Below the pieces are notes generated by a model. The model did no database searches and was not told where the DNA came from. It worked only from the letters and a program-made list of their open reading frames with translations. Shown one piece after another: positions 1 through 8,183 of a DNA stretch of 32,000 bases (positions are counted from its first letter, which is position 1; every line of letters begins with the position of its first letter). This stretch comes from Candidatus Saccharimonadota bacterium (GTDB taxonomy: Bacteria; Patescibacteriota; Saccharimonadia; Saccharimonadales; UBA4665): the NCBI GenBank assembly GCA_016700375.1, contig CP065016.1, positions 630,001-662,000 of the forward strand. Reading direction: 5' to 3'. The position numbers and the translations under genes are program-made.

Positions 1-1343
1 CGGCTAGAATTAACCTTATACACATCTGGGTATGTCACTGAACCACTTTGAGCGAGTGCTGCAGCGTCGATTTCAAATGTAAATGCCCCAGTTCTTGGAA
101 TTGCATAGGGAGCAATCAATACGTCATTTTCAGCAACAAAACCGATAGCGTCTGTTCCGTTCTTGGCGCCGTAACGAACTTCACCGGCAATGTTAATGTC
201 GGCAGCATTGGTGTCATTTCCAAGCCGTCCGGCAGCTATAGTCACACGGCCCGTGAAGGTTGATGCAGTTCGAACCCAGACGTTATCCTCAACAAATATC
301 ACTCCTGAAGTCGGTAATGCAATTCCCGTTTCTACAACAGTGCGTGTCAGTGCGGTTGTGTAATCGGTCTGCGTATCGTCTTCATTGCTGACACGATATA
401 GGTCATAGGTATTATTAGCATTCAACTGTATGTAGTAACCCCGACGAGTACTGAATGAACTTGAGCTATAGCGTGGTATGTATGCAGAAGTTCGGGCCGC
501 TGGCGCAAGATTGCAAGGGTTATTTTGGTTTGCATATCCAGCAGTTGAGGTATCGTTCGCAAAAGCAACTTTTTTCATAGTACATAATGCCCCTGTGACC
601 TGGTTAAAGTCTATTGTTGGTCGAGGGTAGAGCCAGTTTGATTTGTCGCGAGTTACACAATTTGGGTTAATGACACTCGCACTACACCATACACCGTTTT
701 TCGTAGAGCCATCACCCCCATAACTTACCTTGGGAACATAGTCATCATTGGCGCTACCAACAGTGTCTGTATTTGGTCCGTCCATATGAACTCCCTGATT
801 CGAGAATACCGGACCGTTCGCTGTCTCTGAGTCACCAAACCAAAACTCTACATCAGCCAATAGCCCGTAACTCGCAAATGACGCTGCTCCTATCCGAGCT
901 TCAAGCGTTCTCGTTACCCCATCGTTCGTTTTACCCATTGAGCGTATGGTAGCAACGGTAGAGCCAAAACTGCTTGGTTTAATCCATATCGTAAACGTGC
1001 CTTTTTTCTGAGTATTTGCATCGACGTAATCATGTACGTATGGCCCATAGCCTAGGTTTGCGTCCGGAGTCGCTGGGGTCGTGTTACCGTCCCTATAATC
1101 ACTAGAGTTATGTGCCATATGCCATAGATAATAATTAACTCCGGCTTCGGCGATGTGGAGCGCTTGTTGACGGCCAATGATAATCCCGCTCGAAGTAAGA
1201 TTGTTCATCACCACCATCATGGCCGTAGACGTAATGATTGACATTGCGATAATGAATGACAATACGGTTGGTAGGGTAAAGCCAGCTTCATTATGTGGTA
1301 AAAATTTCGTGCAGTAACCTTGTTTTCTCACCAGCGTCTTCAT
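1..1343 (-). CDS. PilX-like type IV pilus minor pilin (partial; C-terminal end lies beyond window start)
   Basis: Own translation shows no stop from the ATG at 1343 down to base 3. It is absent from the ORF track because there is no stop in the window. The N-terminus MKTLVRKQGYCTKFLPHNEAGFTLPTVLSFIIAMSIITS has a pilin-like G/FTL motif plus a hydrophobic helix. An ATGA start/stop overlap (1340-1343) links it to the upstream pilin gene. Confidence 0.75.
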   Translation of the reverse strand, partial: MKTLVRKQGYCTKFLPHNEAGFTLPTVLSFIIAMSIITSTAMMVVMNNLTSSGIIIGRQQALHIAEAGVNYYLWHMAHNSSDYRDGNTTPATPDANLGYGPYVHDYVDANTQKKGTFTIWIKPSSFGSTVATIRSMGKTNDGVTRTLEARIGAASFASYGLLADVEFWFGDSETANGPVFSNQGVHMDGPNTDTVGSANDDYVPKVSYGGDGSTKNGVWCSASVINPNCVTRDKSNWLYPRPTIDFNQVTGALCTMKKVAFANDTSTAGYANQNNPCNLAPAARTSAYIPRYSSSSFSTRRGYYIQLNANNTYDLYRVSNEDDTQTDYTTALTRTVVETGIALPTSGVIFVEDNVWVRTASTFTGRVTIAAGRLGNDTNAADINIAGEVRYGAKNGTDAIGFVAENDVLIAPYAIPRTGAFTFEIDAAALAQSGSVTYPDVYKVNSS

Positions 1344-1939
1344 AGGTTATTCTTCTTGTTCCGCAGGAGCACCTGCACATTTATATCTTGTGAACGCGCG
1401 TTTTCAAGCTGCGTAGCAAGATTTATTTGTATGGTTTTGACCACGCTTAAATCAGTAACTGGAGTGGCAAGAGCTGCGCCAACTGCATTCGTATAGCGAA
1501 ACAGCTTGCCGCCACTCGCTTGATAGAAGTTGTCAATAATAACGAAGCTTTTCTTCTTATCTGTTTGCAGCGTGCCAAGTGGGGGGTTTGCACTCATCGG
1601 GGTTAAGTCGGCGTACAAACGCTTGGTCGCACCGTTAACAACATAGTATCTCACTTGCGAAACATAGACGTCAGACGGGTAGAAGTATGTGTAGACCGTG
1701 AGGTCATTATCGCCAGCGCTACTAATACTCGTGGTCCCTCGTAGAACATTTGCGATTCTATCGGCCTGGCTACTCAGCTGACCAAAGCTTGTTGCTTGTT
1801 TTTGCAAGTCAAGATAGCTAACAAGAGTGGTTTTAAAAACGACAAAGAATATGACTGAAAGCGCACCAATGAGTGCTATGACGACCACCATTTCAAGAAT
1901 GGTGAAACCCTGCTCTTCCCGCTGCTTAGGGCTTAACAC
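1340..1939 (-). CDS. type IV pilin-like protein (prepilin-type N-terminal cleavage/methylation domain)
   Basis: The ORF track gives 1340..2008; the motif is QGFTILEMVVVIALIG. I prefer the GTG at 1939 (VLSPKQREEQ/GFTILE). GGAGG (1945-1949, minus sense) lies 5 nt upstream of it and the leader length becomes pilin-like. The long form would overlap the upstream gene by 83 nt. Confidence 0.8.
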   Translation of the reverse strand: MLSPKQREEQGFTILEMVVVIALIGALSVIFFVVFKTTLVSYLDLQKQATSFGQLSSQADRIANVLRGTTSISSAGDNDLTVYTYFYPSDVYVSQVRYYVVNGATKRLYADLTPMSANPPLGTLQTDKKKSFVIIDNFYQASGGKLFRYTNAVGAALATPVTDLSVVKTIQINLATQLENARSQDINVQVLLRNKKNNL

Positions 1940-3473
1940 GAAAACCTCCAAGCGGTATGGTTGGCAAGACGAGCGTACCATTTGCATTCTGTATCGTAAC
2001 CTGAACATCGCCCGCCGTCACACCATTTAAGTCGTAGTTACACGTTAACTGGGTAGCGCTACCAACGCACGAATTGTCACTATACGTTGTTCCGTTTTGT
2101 GTCAGCGTCGCGTTTGCGTTCGTGAGGTTCGCACCGGTAAATACTACTTTTACATTTTGGAGATTATCACTCAGGTTAATCGTATCTGGATTCATACTAA
2201 ACACACGCGGGAAAGAACTACTGTTCGTAAGGATAAGCCTTACCTTCTGGATGTATTCAGACCCATCATAAGGAAACGTGACCGGATTTGGTTGGTCGCC
2301 CAATGGGACGGTAATAGGAGAAAGGCTGTTCGTGCCTCCATAGGGCACGGCTGCAGCAAGATAATACGCCGTACCGCCTACCGCACAACCGCCAGTGCCA
2401 TTGGTCCCGCAGAAAAAGTAGCTGTTTATGGGAGGAAGACTTGTCAGGCTCGCCATACCGTTTGCATCAGTAAGAATACGGCTATCCACGGGCAAATAAT
2501 TATCAAAGTAGTACGAGGTATCGCTTAACGTTGTGTATTTTTTGTAGCCACCCTTTACCTGAACCTTAACATTACCGAGTGGCGCACCTGACGTATTGGT
2601 CGTTTCAATGATAAGGCTGTTGGTATCCGTAGGCGCTATAACAAGAGCAAGATACGATGACTGCTGAGAAAGAATCTTTTGGCTTGAATACGTCGGCTGA
2701 AGCGATCCGGATGGACGAATGGATTGAATACTAGAGTAGCCAGTTTTTTGAGCTTCTATCATATAGTCGAGCCCACTATCTGGTGGTAAACCATAAAAAA
2801 TAGCTATACCGTTTGCGTCAGTGGAATCTGAAACGCTTACCGCTGGAGTAATTGTTGTGTTTGTAACTTTAACAGTCGCTTCCGAAACTCCGTTGCCAGC
2901 CGAATCGGTTACCGTAATGAATAATGCGCCAGTTGTACTAGCCGTTTCTGCTACACGAGCAGCTATATGCGTATCCATAACTGCTAAACGAGTGTCTCCT
3001 AAGTTCTTCACAACTACGTGAGCAAGTTTGTAGTCTCCCGGATTAGTGTCATTCAACTGGTTGTTACCTGCACTATTTCCTGGGGATGAGAAATTACGAC
3101 AATATTTCTTCTTTAAGTCGAGGTTTGGATATGGGCCACAGCCATCATATGCATCATCGACATAACTTATGCTCGTTGTTATGGTGTAATTTATGCCATT
3201 TATCTTCTTCGTCGTTGTAGCTGGTATATATGAGCTCGAAATAATACTACCCCCACTTACCGCAAGACTATCGTATGGCAATGATCGTAGATATTCCATC
3301 TGATTGTTTGCAAGCGTGCTGCCAACTGAACGTTGTTTTGCCAATGTGCTACTGCTGACAAGGGCAGTAAAAAGACTAAAAAACCCTATGCTCATGACTC
3401 CTATGACTGTCATAGATACAAGGAGTTCAAGCAAGGTAAAGCCATTCTCCGCAGGAATTTCTCTCTTACGCAT
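1926..3473 (-). CDS. large type IV pilin-like protein, putative tip/adhesin minor pilin
   Basis: 515 aa. The N-terminus MRKREIPAENGFTLLELLVSMTVIG is a classic G/FTLxE prepilin site. The body has carboxypeptidase-regulatory-like beta-sandwich motifs (ITVTDSAGNGVSEATVKV, TDANGIAIFYGLP, ILTDANGMASLTSLP). Confidence 0.85.
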   Translation of the reverse strand: MRKREIPAENGFTLLELLVSMTVIGVMSIGFFSLFTALVSSSTLAKQRSVGSTLANNQMEYLRSLPYDSLAVSGGSIISSSYIPATTTKKINGINYTITTSISYVDDAYDGCGPYPNLDLKKKYCRNFSSPGNSAGNNQLNDTNPGDYKLAHVVVKNLGDTRLAVMDTHIAARVAETASTTGALFITVTDSAGNGVSEATVKVTNTTITPAVSVSDSTDANGIAIFYGLPPDSGLDYMIEAQKTGYSSIQSIRPSGSLQPTYSSQKILSQQSSYLALVIAPTDTNSLIIETTNTSGAPLGNVKVQVKGGYKKYTTLSDTSYYFDNYLPVDSRILTDANGMASLTSLPPINSYFFCGTNGTGGCAVGGTAYYLAAAVPYGGTNSLSPITVPLGDQPNPVTFPYDGSEYIQKVRLILTNSSSFPRVFSMNPDTINLSDNLQNVKVVFTGANLTNANATLTQNGTTYSDNSCVGSATQLTCNYDLNGVTAGDVQVTIQNANGTLVLPTIPLGGFRVKP

Positions 3474-3629
3474 ACTGTCATAAGCATAACACTTTTACGC
3501 GTTGCAAGAAATGTCCTGCTTCGTTATGTCGGCAAAGTAGCACGGCTGAAACAAAAAGCTCTTTTTCTAATATTTTTTACTAAATGGCTCAAGCAAAAGT
3601 ACTGCTGTAGCTATTTTGAATATTCATTT

Positions 3630-3652
3630 TCCTGGGAAAATAGCACGGTGCC
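3630..3652 (+). repeat. inverted exact copy of the 3' end of 5S rRNA
   Basis: tcctgggaaaatagcacggtgcc on the plus strand is the exact reverse complement of 3854-3876, which lies inside the minus-strand 5S gene. Confidence 0.9.
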
Positions 3653-3707
3653 TCGCCCGATTAGAGTACACACTCTACTAAAGGGCTTTTGCAAAATGGT
3701 GTAGTCT

Positions 3708-3780
3708 GGGATGAAAAACGAGCACCACAGCGTAGTCGTACTAGCAGTACGACGGAGCGAGGAGTCAGAGTTTTTCGCCC
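3708..3780. repeat. bipartite hairpin motif, copy A (related copy at 23116-23190)
   Basis: Outer stem GAAAAAC (3713-3719) pairs with GTTTTTC (3770-3776). Inner stem GTCGTACT (3735-3742) pairs with AGTACGAC (3746-3753). Two purine-rich internal loops share GCAC..CAG and GAGyGAGkAsT with copy B. Confidence 0.5.
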
Positions 3781-3810
3781 ATAATGTGCCGTTTTGCAAG
3801 AGTCCTGGAT

Positions 3811-3841
3811 AAAGAAAAAGCCCTCCACGAATGGAGGGCTT
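3811..3841 (-). terminator. intrinsic terminator after 5S rRNA
   Basis: AGCCCTCCA-cgaa-TGGAGGGCT hairpin followed on the minus strand by TTTTCTTT. Confidence 0.8.
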
Positions 3842-3851
3842 AATCATAAAA

Positions 3852-3965
3852 CGGCACCGTGCTATTTTCCCAGGGCTAGAAGACCCAAGTATTGTAACCG
3901 CTGAGAGGCTTGACTGCTGTGTTCGGTATGGGAACAGGTATCTCCCTCTCGCTATGGGCACCGAC
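3852..3965 (-). rRNA. rrf: 5S ribosomal RNA
   Basis: Minus-sense GTCGGTGCCCATAGCGAGAGGGAGATACCTGTTCCCATACCGAACACAGCAGTCAAGCC...GCACGGTGCCG matches the conserved 5S loop/helix pattern (CCCATnCCGAAC..AGTnAAGC). The ends pair with each other. Confidence 0.9.
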
Positions 3966-3971
3966 ATAACA

Positions 3972-4045
3972 GAGACAAACCTACGGTTTTTCTCGTCGCG
4001 CGGGGTCGCGGAATAAATCCGCCGACTCCGGCTGCTCTTTTCCCT
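3972..4045 (-). repeat. two-hairpin leader cassette, copy 1 (23S-5S spacer, ends 6 nt before the 5S 5' end)
   Basis: Plus strand GAGACAAACCTACGGTTTTTCTC-gTCGC-...GCGGAATAAATCCGC...GGCTGCTCTTTTCCCT. It is homologous to 5552-5626, 8098-8183 and 9215-9285. Confidence 0.8.
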
Positions 4046-4154
4046 CAGTCCGAGGTGATGTCACAGTCGGTGTCGATGTCCATTACAAGTAGACGGATGT
4101 TAGAAAAGAGCTAGCAATGTTGAACAAACGTTGCTACCGGTATGGTAAAACCAC

Positions 4155-4170
4155 ACCAATAACTAGTCAA
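4155..4170 (-). other. 23S precursor processing stem, 3' strand
   Basis: accaataactagtcaa is the perfect reverse complement of ttgactagttattggt at 8302-8317. The 16-bp helix encloses the whole 23S, a typical RNase III-type stem. Confidence 0.75.
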
Positions 4171-4500
4171 TGCACTTTTTGCCTATGAACCATGCACAAA
4201 AATGCACGATTCATAGGTCGTAAAAAGTCAATGTCCCTATTAGTACGCTTCGGCTACACATGTTGCCATGCTTACACCTTGCGCCTATCAACCAGATAGT
4301 CTTTCTGGGGGATCATGGGGAAATCTAATCTTGAGGCTAGTTTCGCGCTTAATATGCTTTCAGCGCTTATCTATTCCGCACGATAGCTACTCAGCAATGC
4401 CCTTGGTAGAACAACTGATACACCAGCGGTGCGTCCGCCCCGGTCCTCTCGTACTAGGGGTAGATCCTCTCAAATTTCCTTGCGTCCACAGCGGATATAA

Positions 4501-4534
<34 letters not shown>

Positions 4535-4562
4535 ACGTACCTCTTTAACCGGCGAACAGCCG

Positions 4563-4593
<31 letters not shown>

Positions 4594-4904
4594 AGATGAG
4601 CCGACATCGAGGTGCCAAACAGCATCGTCTATGTGAACTATTGGATGCTATAAGCCTGTTATCCCCGGCGTAACTTTTATCCGAAAGCGCTGCCGATACC
4701 ACACTCTTGTACAAATGTACTGACAGCGGAAAACTTACTCCGACTTTCGTCCCTGCTCGGCTTGTAGGCCTCACAGTCAAGCTAGCTTATGCGTATACAC
4801 TATCACTACGATTTCCATCCGTAGTTAGCTAACCTTTGAACGCCTCCGATACTCTTTAGGAGGCAACCGCCCCAGTTAAACTACCCACCAGACACGGTCC
4901 GGAA

Positions 4905-5082
4905 GCCGGAAATTGCATGCAATTTCTTCGGCTTGTGTACCAATTATCCTGTCACCTGTCACGCATGAATTAACAATTACCATGTAACAATTGAGTTCCA
5001 ATCGTTACAGGTTACATGGTCATCCAATGTGACACGTTACAGGTTACATGTGACACAACCCAAATTGTATACAATTTGCGGC
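4905..5082 (-). repeat. 23S insertion in about helix 79: GTTACA/TGTCAC module copy 1 with flanking palindromes
   Basis: The core at about 4935-5056 is homologous to 6306-6426 and 7078-7198. It is flanked by GAAATTGCATGCAATTTC (4909-4926) and CAAATTGTATACAATTTG (5061-5078). Confidence 0.85.
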
Positions 5083-5527
5083 TCCCGTAAGAACAAGATC
5101 ATAACAAGGGTGATATTTCACTGGTGGCTCCACCAAGACTAGCGTCTCAGCTTCAAAGCCTCTCACCTATACTACACATGTTATAACCCGGCTCAATGCC
5201 AAGCTGTAGTGAAGCTGCACGGGGTCTTTTCGTCCTGCTGCGGACAGACGGCATCTTTACCGTCAATGCACTTTCACCGAGCTCTTCGTTGAGACAGTAC
5301 CCATATCATTACGCCATTCGTGCGGGTCAGAACTTACCTGACAAGGAATTTCGCTACCTTAGGACGGTTATAGTTACCGCCGCCGTTCACTGGGGCTTCA
5401 GTTCGCTGCATACACAACTCCCCTTAACCTTCCAGCACTGGGCAGGCGTCAGCCCGTATACATCCACTTTCGTGTTAGCACAGACCTATGTTTTTGGTAA
5501 ACAGTTGCATGGGTTCTTTAGCTGCGG

Positions 5528-5800
5528 CCCCCTCACTCTAGCTACGCTAATGAGACAAAACCTACGGTTTTTTCTCATCGCTCCGGGCAAATGGAATACA
5601 TTTGCTCGGGCTGCTCTTTTTCCCTTCTGGGCTATAAGAACAGTTTTCGCATAGTGAGCTTTAGAGGTCAGCTTTCTAATTGATATGTCTCTAAAAATTG
5701 TTCGATTTGTCTCACTGTAAGAAGTTATAAACTTACATGCTGAGACAGGTTTTCAAAAAGAAAACTGGCTAACTCACCTGTCGTAGACAGAGTGAGGGGG
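5528..5800 (-). repeat. 23S insertion in helix 63 region (about 270 nt) containing leader cassette copy 2 (5552-5626)
   Basis: Closed by the 12-bp stem ccccctcactct (5528-5539) with agagtgaggggg (5789-5800). The interior has GAGACAAAACCTACGGTTTTTTCTCATCGC...CAAATGGAATACATTTG...GGGCTGCTCTTTTTCCCTT plus further hairpins. Confidence 0.8.
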
Positions 5801-6288
5801 CAGACCTTATCCCGAAGTTACGGTCGCTTGTTTGCCGAGTTCCTTAACGAAGAATCACTCGTACACCTTGGTCTTCTCGACCTGAGCACCTGTGTCGGTT
5901 TGCGGTACGGATGGCATGTACCACGCGTTATATTGCTTTTCTAGTCAGCACTTTCATAAGAATTCAACCTGATGGTCGTTTCATTCGTACGCATTTCTCG
6001 TACTTAGACGGATATAACCATGAATCCGCTCCTACTACTATGCCGCGCACATATAACAAATACATGCCAGTACGGGAATATTAACCCGTTGTCCATCGCC
6101 TACGCTACGCGCCTCGGCTTAGGACCGACTAACCCTGGGACGATTACCGTGGCCCAGGAAACCTTGCTCTTTCGGTGGGCAGGATTCTCACCTGCCTTAT
6201 GGTTACTCATTCCAACATTCTCACTTCCTCACGCTCCACCAAACCTCACGGTTCAACTTCAACGCTGAGAGGAACGCTCCTCTACCGA

Positions 6289-6443
6289 GCAATGCACAGC
6301 ATTGCAATTATCATGTCACAATTATCATGTCACAATGAATTACCGATTGGCGTGTAACGATTGAAGCTCAATGGTTACATGTTACAGGGTAATCCTAGGT
6401 GACATGTTACAAGTTACATGGTAATCGCGATGCCATGCATCGC
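6289..6443 (-). repeat. 23S insertion in helix 45: GTTACA/TGTCAC module copy 2 with flanking hairpins
   Basis: Core 6306-6426. Flanks are GCAATGCacaGCATTGC (6289-6305) and GCGATGCcatGCATCGC (6427-6443). Confidence 0.85.
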
Positions 6444-7057
6444 TCTCACATCTTCGGTGCTATGCTTAGCCCCGTTACATTTTCCGCGCAGGGTCTCTTG
6501 ACTAGTGAGCTGTTACGCACTCTTTAAATGAATGGCTGCTTCTAAGCCAACATCCTAGTTGTTTAAGAAACCCCACCTCGTTTCCCACTTAGCATAGACT
6601 GAGGGACCTTAGATGGTGATCTGGGCTGTTTCCCTTTTGAGCGACGAGCTTAGCCCCGCCGTTCTAACTGCTGTAGTTCCACTGATAGTATTCGTAGTTT
6701 GTCAAGGGTGGGTAATCTTGCGACCCCCAGTCCGAAACAGAGCTCTACCCCTACCAGCTACCGTACAACGCTAGCCCTAAAGCTATTTCGAGGAGAACCA
6801 GCTATCTCCAGGTTCGATTGGCATTTCACCGCTAACCACAGGTCATCCGGGCGTGTTGCAACTCGCTACGGTTCGGTCCTCCACGTCGTTTTACCGACGC
6901 TTCAACCTGCCCATGGTTAGGTCACCTGGTTTCGGGTCTATTTACTACGACTGAATGCCCTATTCAGACTCGCTTTCGCTTGGCTTACGTCATATGACTT
7001 AAGCTTGCCGTAGCAAATAACTCGTTGGATCGTTCTACAAAAAGCACGCCGTCACGA

Positions 7058-7219
7058 GCTCATCACTAATGATGAGCAATTAGCCTTTATCCTGTCACCT
7101 GTCACAATGGATTACCCATTACTGTGTAACGATTAAGGTTCAAACGTTACAAGTTACATGGTAATTCTATGTGACATGTTACAGGTCAATGGTTACATGC
7201 TCTTCACGCAGTGAAGAGC
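7058..7219 (-). repeat. 23S insertion in helix 25: GTTACA/TGTCAC module copy 3 with flanking hairpins
   Basis: Core 7078-7198. Flanks are GCTCATCActaaTGATGAGC (7058-7077) and GCTCTTCACgcaGTGAAGAGC (7199-7219). Confidence 0.85.
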
Positions 7220-7397
7220 CCGCTCCGACTCCTTGTACGCACACAATTTCAGGTTCTATTTCACTCCCCTCCCGGGGTTCTTTTAACCTTTCCCTCGCGG
7301 TACTTGTTCTCTATCGATCATGTAATATATTTAGCCTTGGAGGGTGGACCCCCCAGATTCAGTCAGGATTTCACGTGCCCCGACCTACTCGACAACC

Positions 7398-7560
7398 GTG
7401 TCTCGCAAGCGAGGCACAGAGTCATGAGTTAAGAGTCACGAGTTAAGAGTAGCTTGCCTCGGCTCTGCCGAGTTTATAAAACAGCAGCTACGCTGCTGGC
7501 ATTTTCCACTCTTGTCTCTTGTCTCTTGTCTCTTTCGTCTGTGTCTTGCTCGCAAGACAC
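7398..7560 (-). repeat. 23S domain I insertion built on GAGTTAAGAG / CTCTTGTCTC repeats
   Basis: The plus strand has ATGAGTTAAGAGTCACGAGTTAAGAG ... CTCTTGTCTCTTGTCTCTTGTCTC. It is bracketed by GTGTCTCGCaaGCGAGGCAC (7398-7417) and GTGTCTTGCtcGCAAGACAC (7541-7560). A related copy sits in the 23S leader at 8335-8395. Confidence 0.75.
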
Positions 7561-7644
7561 TTTGCAAATATAAGGTTGATGAAACTTGGCGTACCGGGCT
7601 ATCACCGTCTATGGCGCAGCTTTCCAACTGCTTCTGCTCGCCTC

Positions 7645-7810
7645 ATCAATTTCTAACCTTATGCTAGACACTGGTAGATCTAGCTGCCTCGTGTGGACTC
7701 CCGCAGAAGCGGACTCCCACACAAGGATGTTTGCAATGTCACAACCCCTAATTTACATTCGTCTACCAACTTATTTGCCAGTAATAAATTACCAGGCAAA
7801 AGCAAAATAG
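7645..7810 (-). other. 23S domain I expansion (about 150 nt extra relative to E. coli about 270-290)
   Basis: The segment between the conserved blocks GGAACAGCCCAAACC and GCAGAAGCAGTTGGAAAG is about 165 nt here, against about 25 nt in E. coli as recalled. It contains hairpins such as GTGTGGGAGTCCGCttctGCGGGAGTCCACAC. Boundaries are approximate. Confidence 0.55.
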
Positions 7811-8097
7811 GTTTGGGCTGTTCCGGATTCGCTCGCCACTACTACCGGAATCGTTGTTTACTTTCTCTTCCTCGCCCTACTAAGATGTTTCAGTTCAGGC
7901 GGTTACCTACTCACTATCCTATATATTCAGATAGCGGTGACTAGACATTACTCTAGCCGGGTTTCCCCATTCGGACATCTCCGGATCAAAACATATTTGG
8001 CTGTTCCCCGGAGCTTTTCGCAGCTCATCACGTCCTTCTTCGGTATTACATGTCAAGGCATCCGTTGTGTGCGCTTGAGTAACTTTTTACGAATAAC

Positions 8098-8183
8098 GGG
8101 ACAAAACTACGTTTTTTCCCGTCGCTTCGCTGCTCTTTTTCCTTAGTGGACAGACTTTTGCCGGAATAAATCCGTCAAAAGTC
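8098..8183 (-). repeat. two-hairpin leader cassette, copy 3 (ends about 5 nt before 23S helix 1)
   Basis: Plus strand GGGACAAAACTACGTTTTTTCCC-gTCGC-ttcGCTGCTCTTTTTCCTT, then GACTTTTG-CCGGAATAAATCCG-tCAAAAGTC. Confidence 0.75.

Noticed and set aside
2074-3021. Plus-strand ORFs 2074..2271, 2097..2528 (143 aa) and 2821..3021.
   Set aside because: They are antisense to the well-supported 515-aa pilin gene and have no domain features. They are mirror-frame artefacts.
4935-7198. The three GTTACA/TGTCAC-rich repeats considered as a CRISPR-like or tandem-repeat array.
   Set aside because: The copies are about 120 nt long, lie 1.2-2.1 kb apart, and are embedded at helix tips of the 23S rRNA. There is no regular repeat-spacer periodicity and there are no cas genes.
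8164-8173. AGAGTTTGAT (the start of the universal 16S 27F site) on the plus strand in the 23S leader.
   Set aside because: It is only a 10-nt match on the opposite strand to all the rRNA genes. That is expected by chance at this length.
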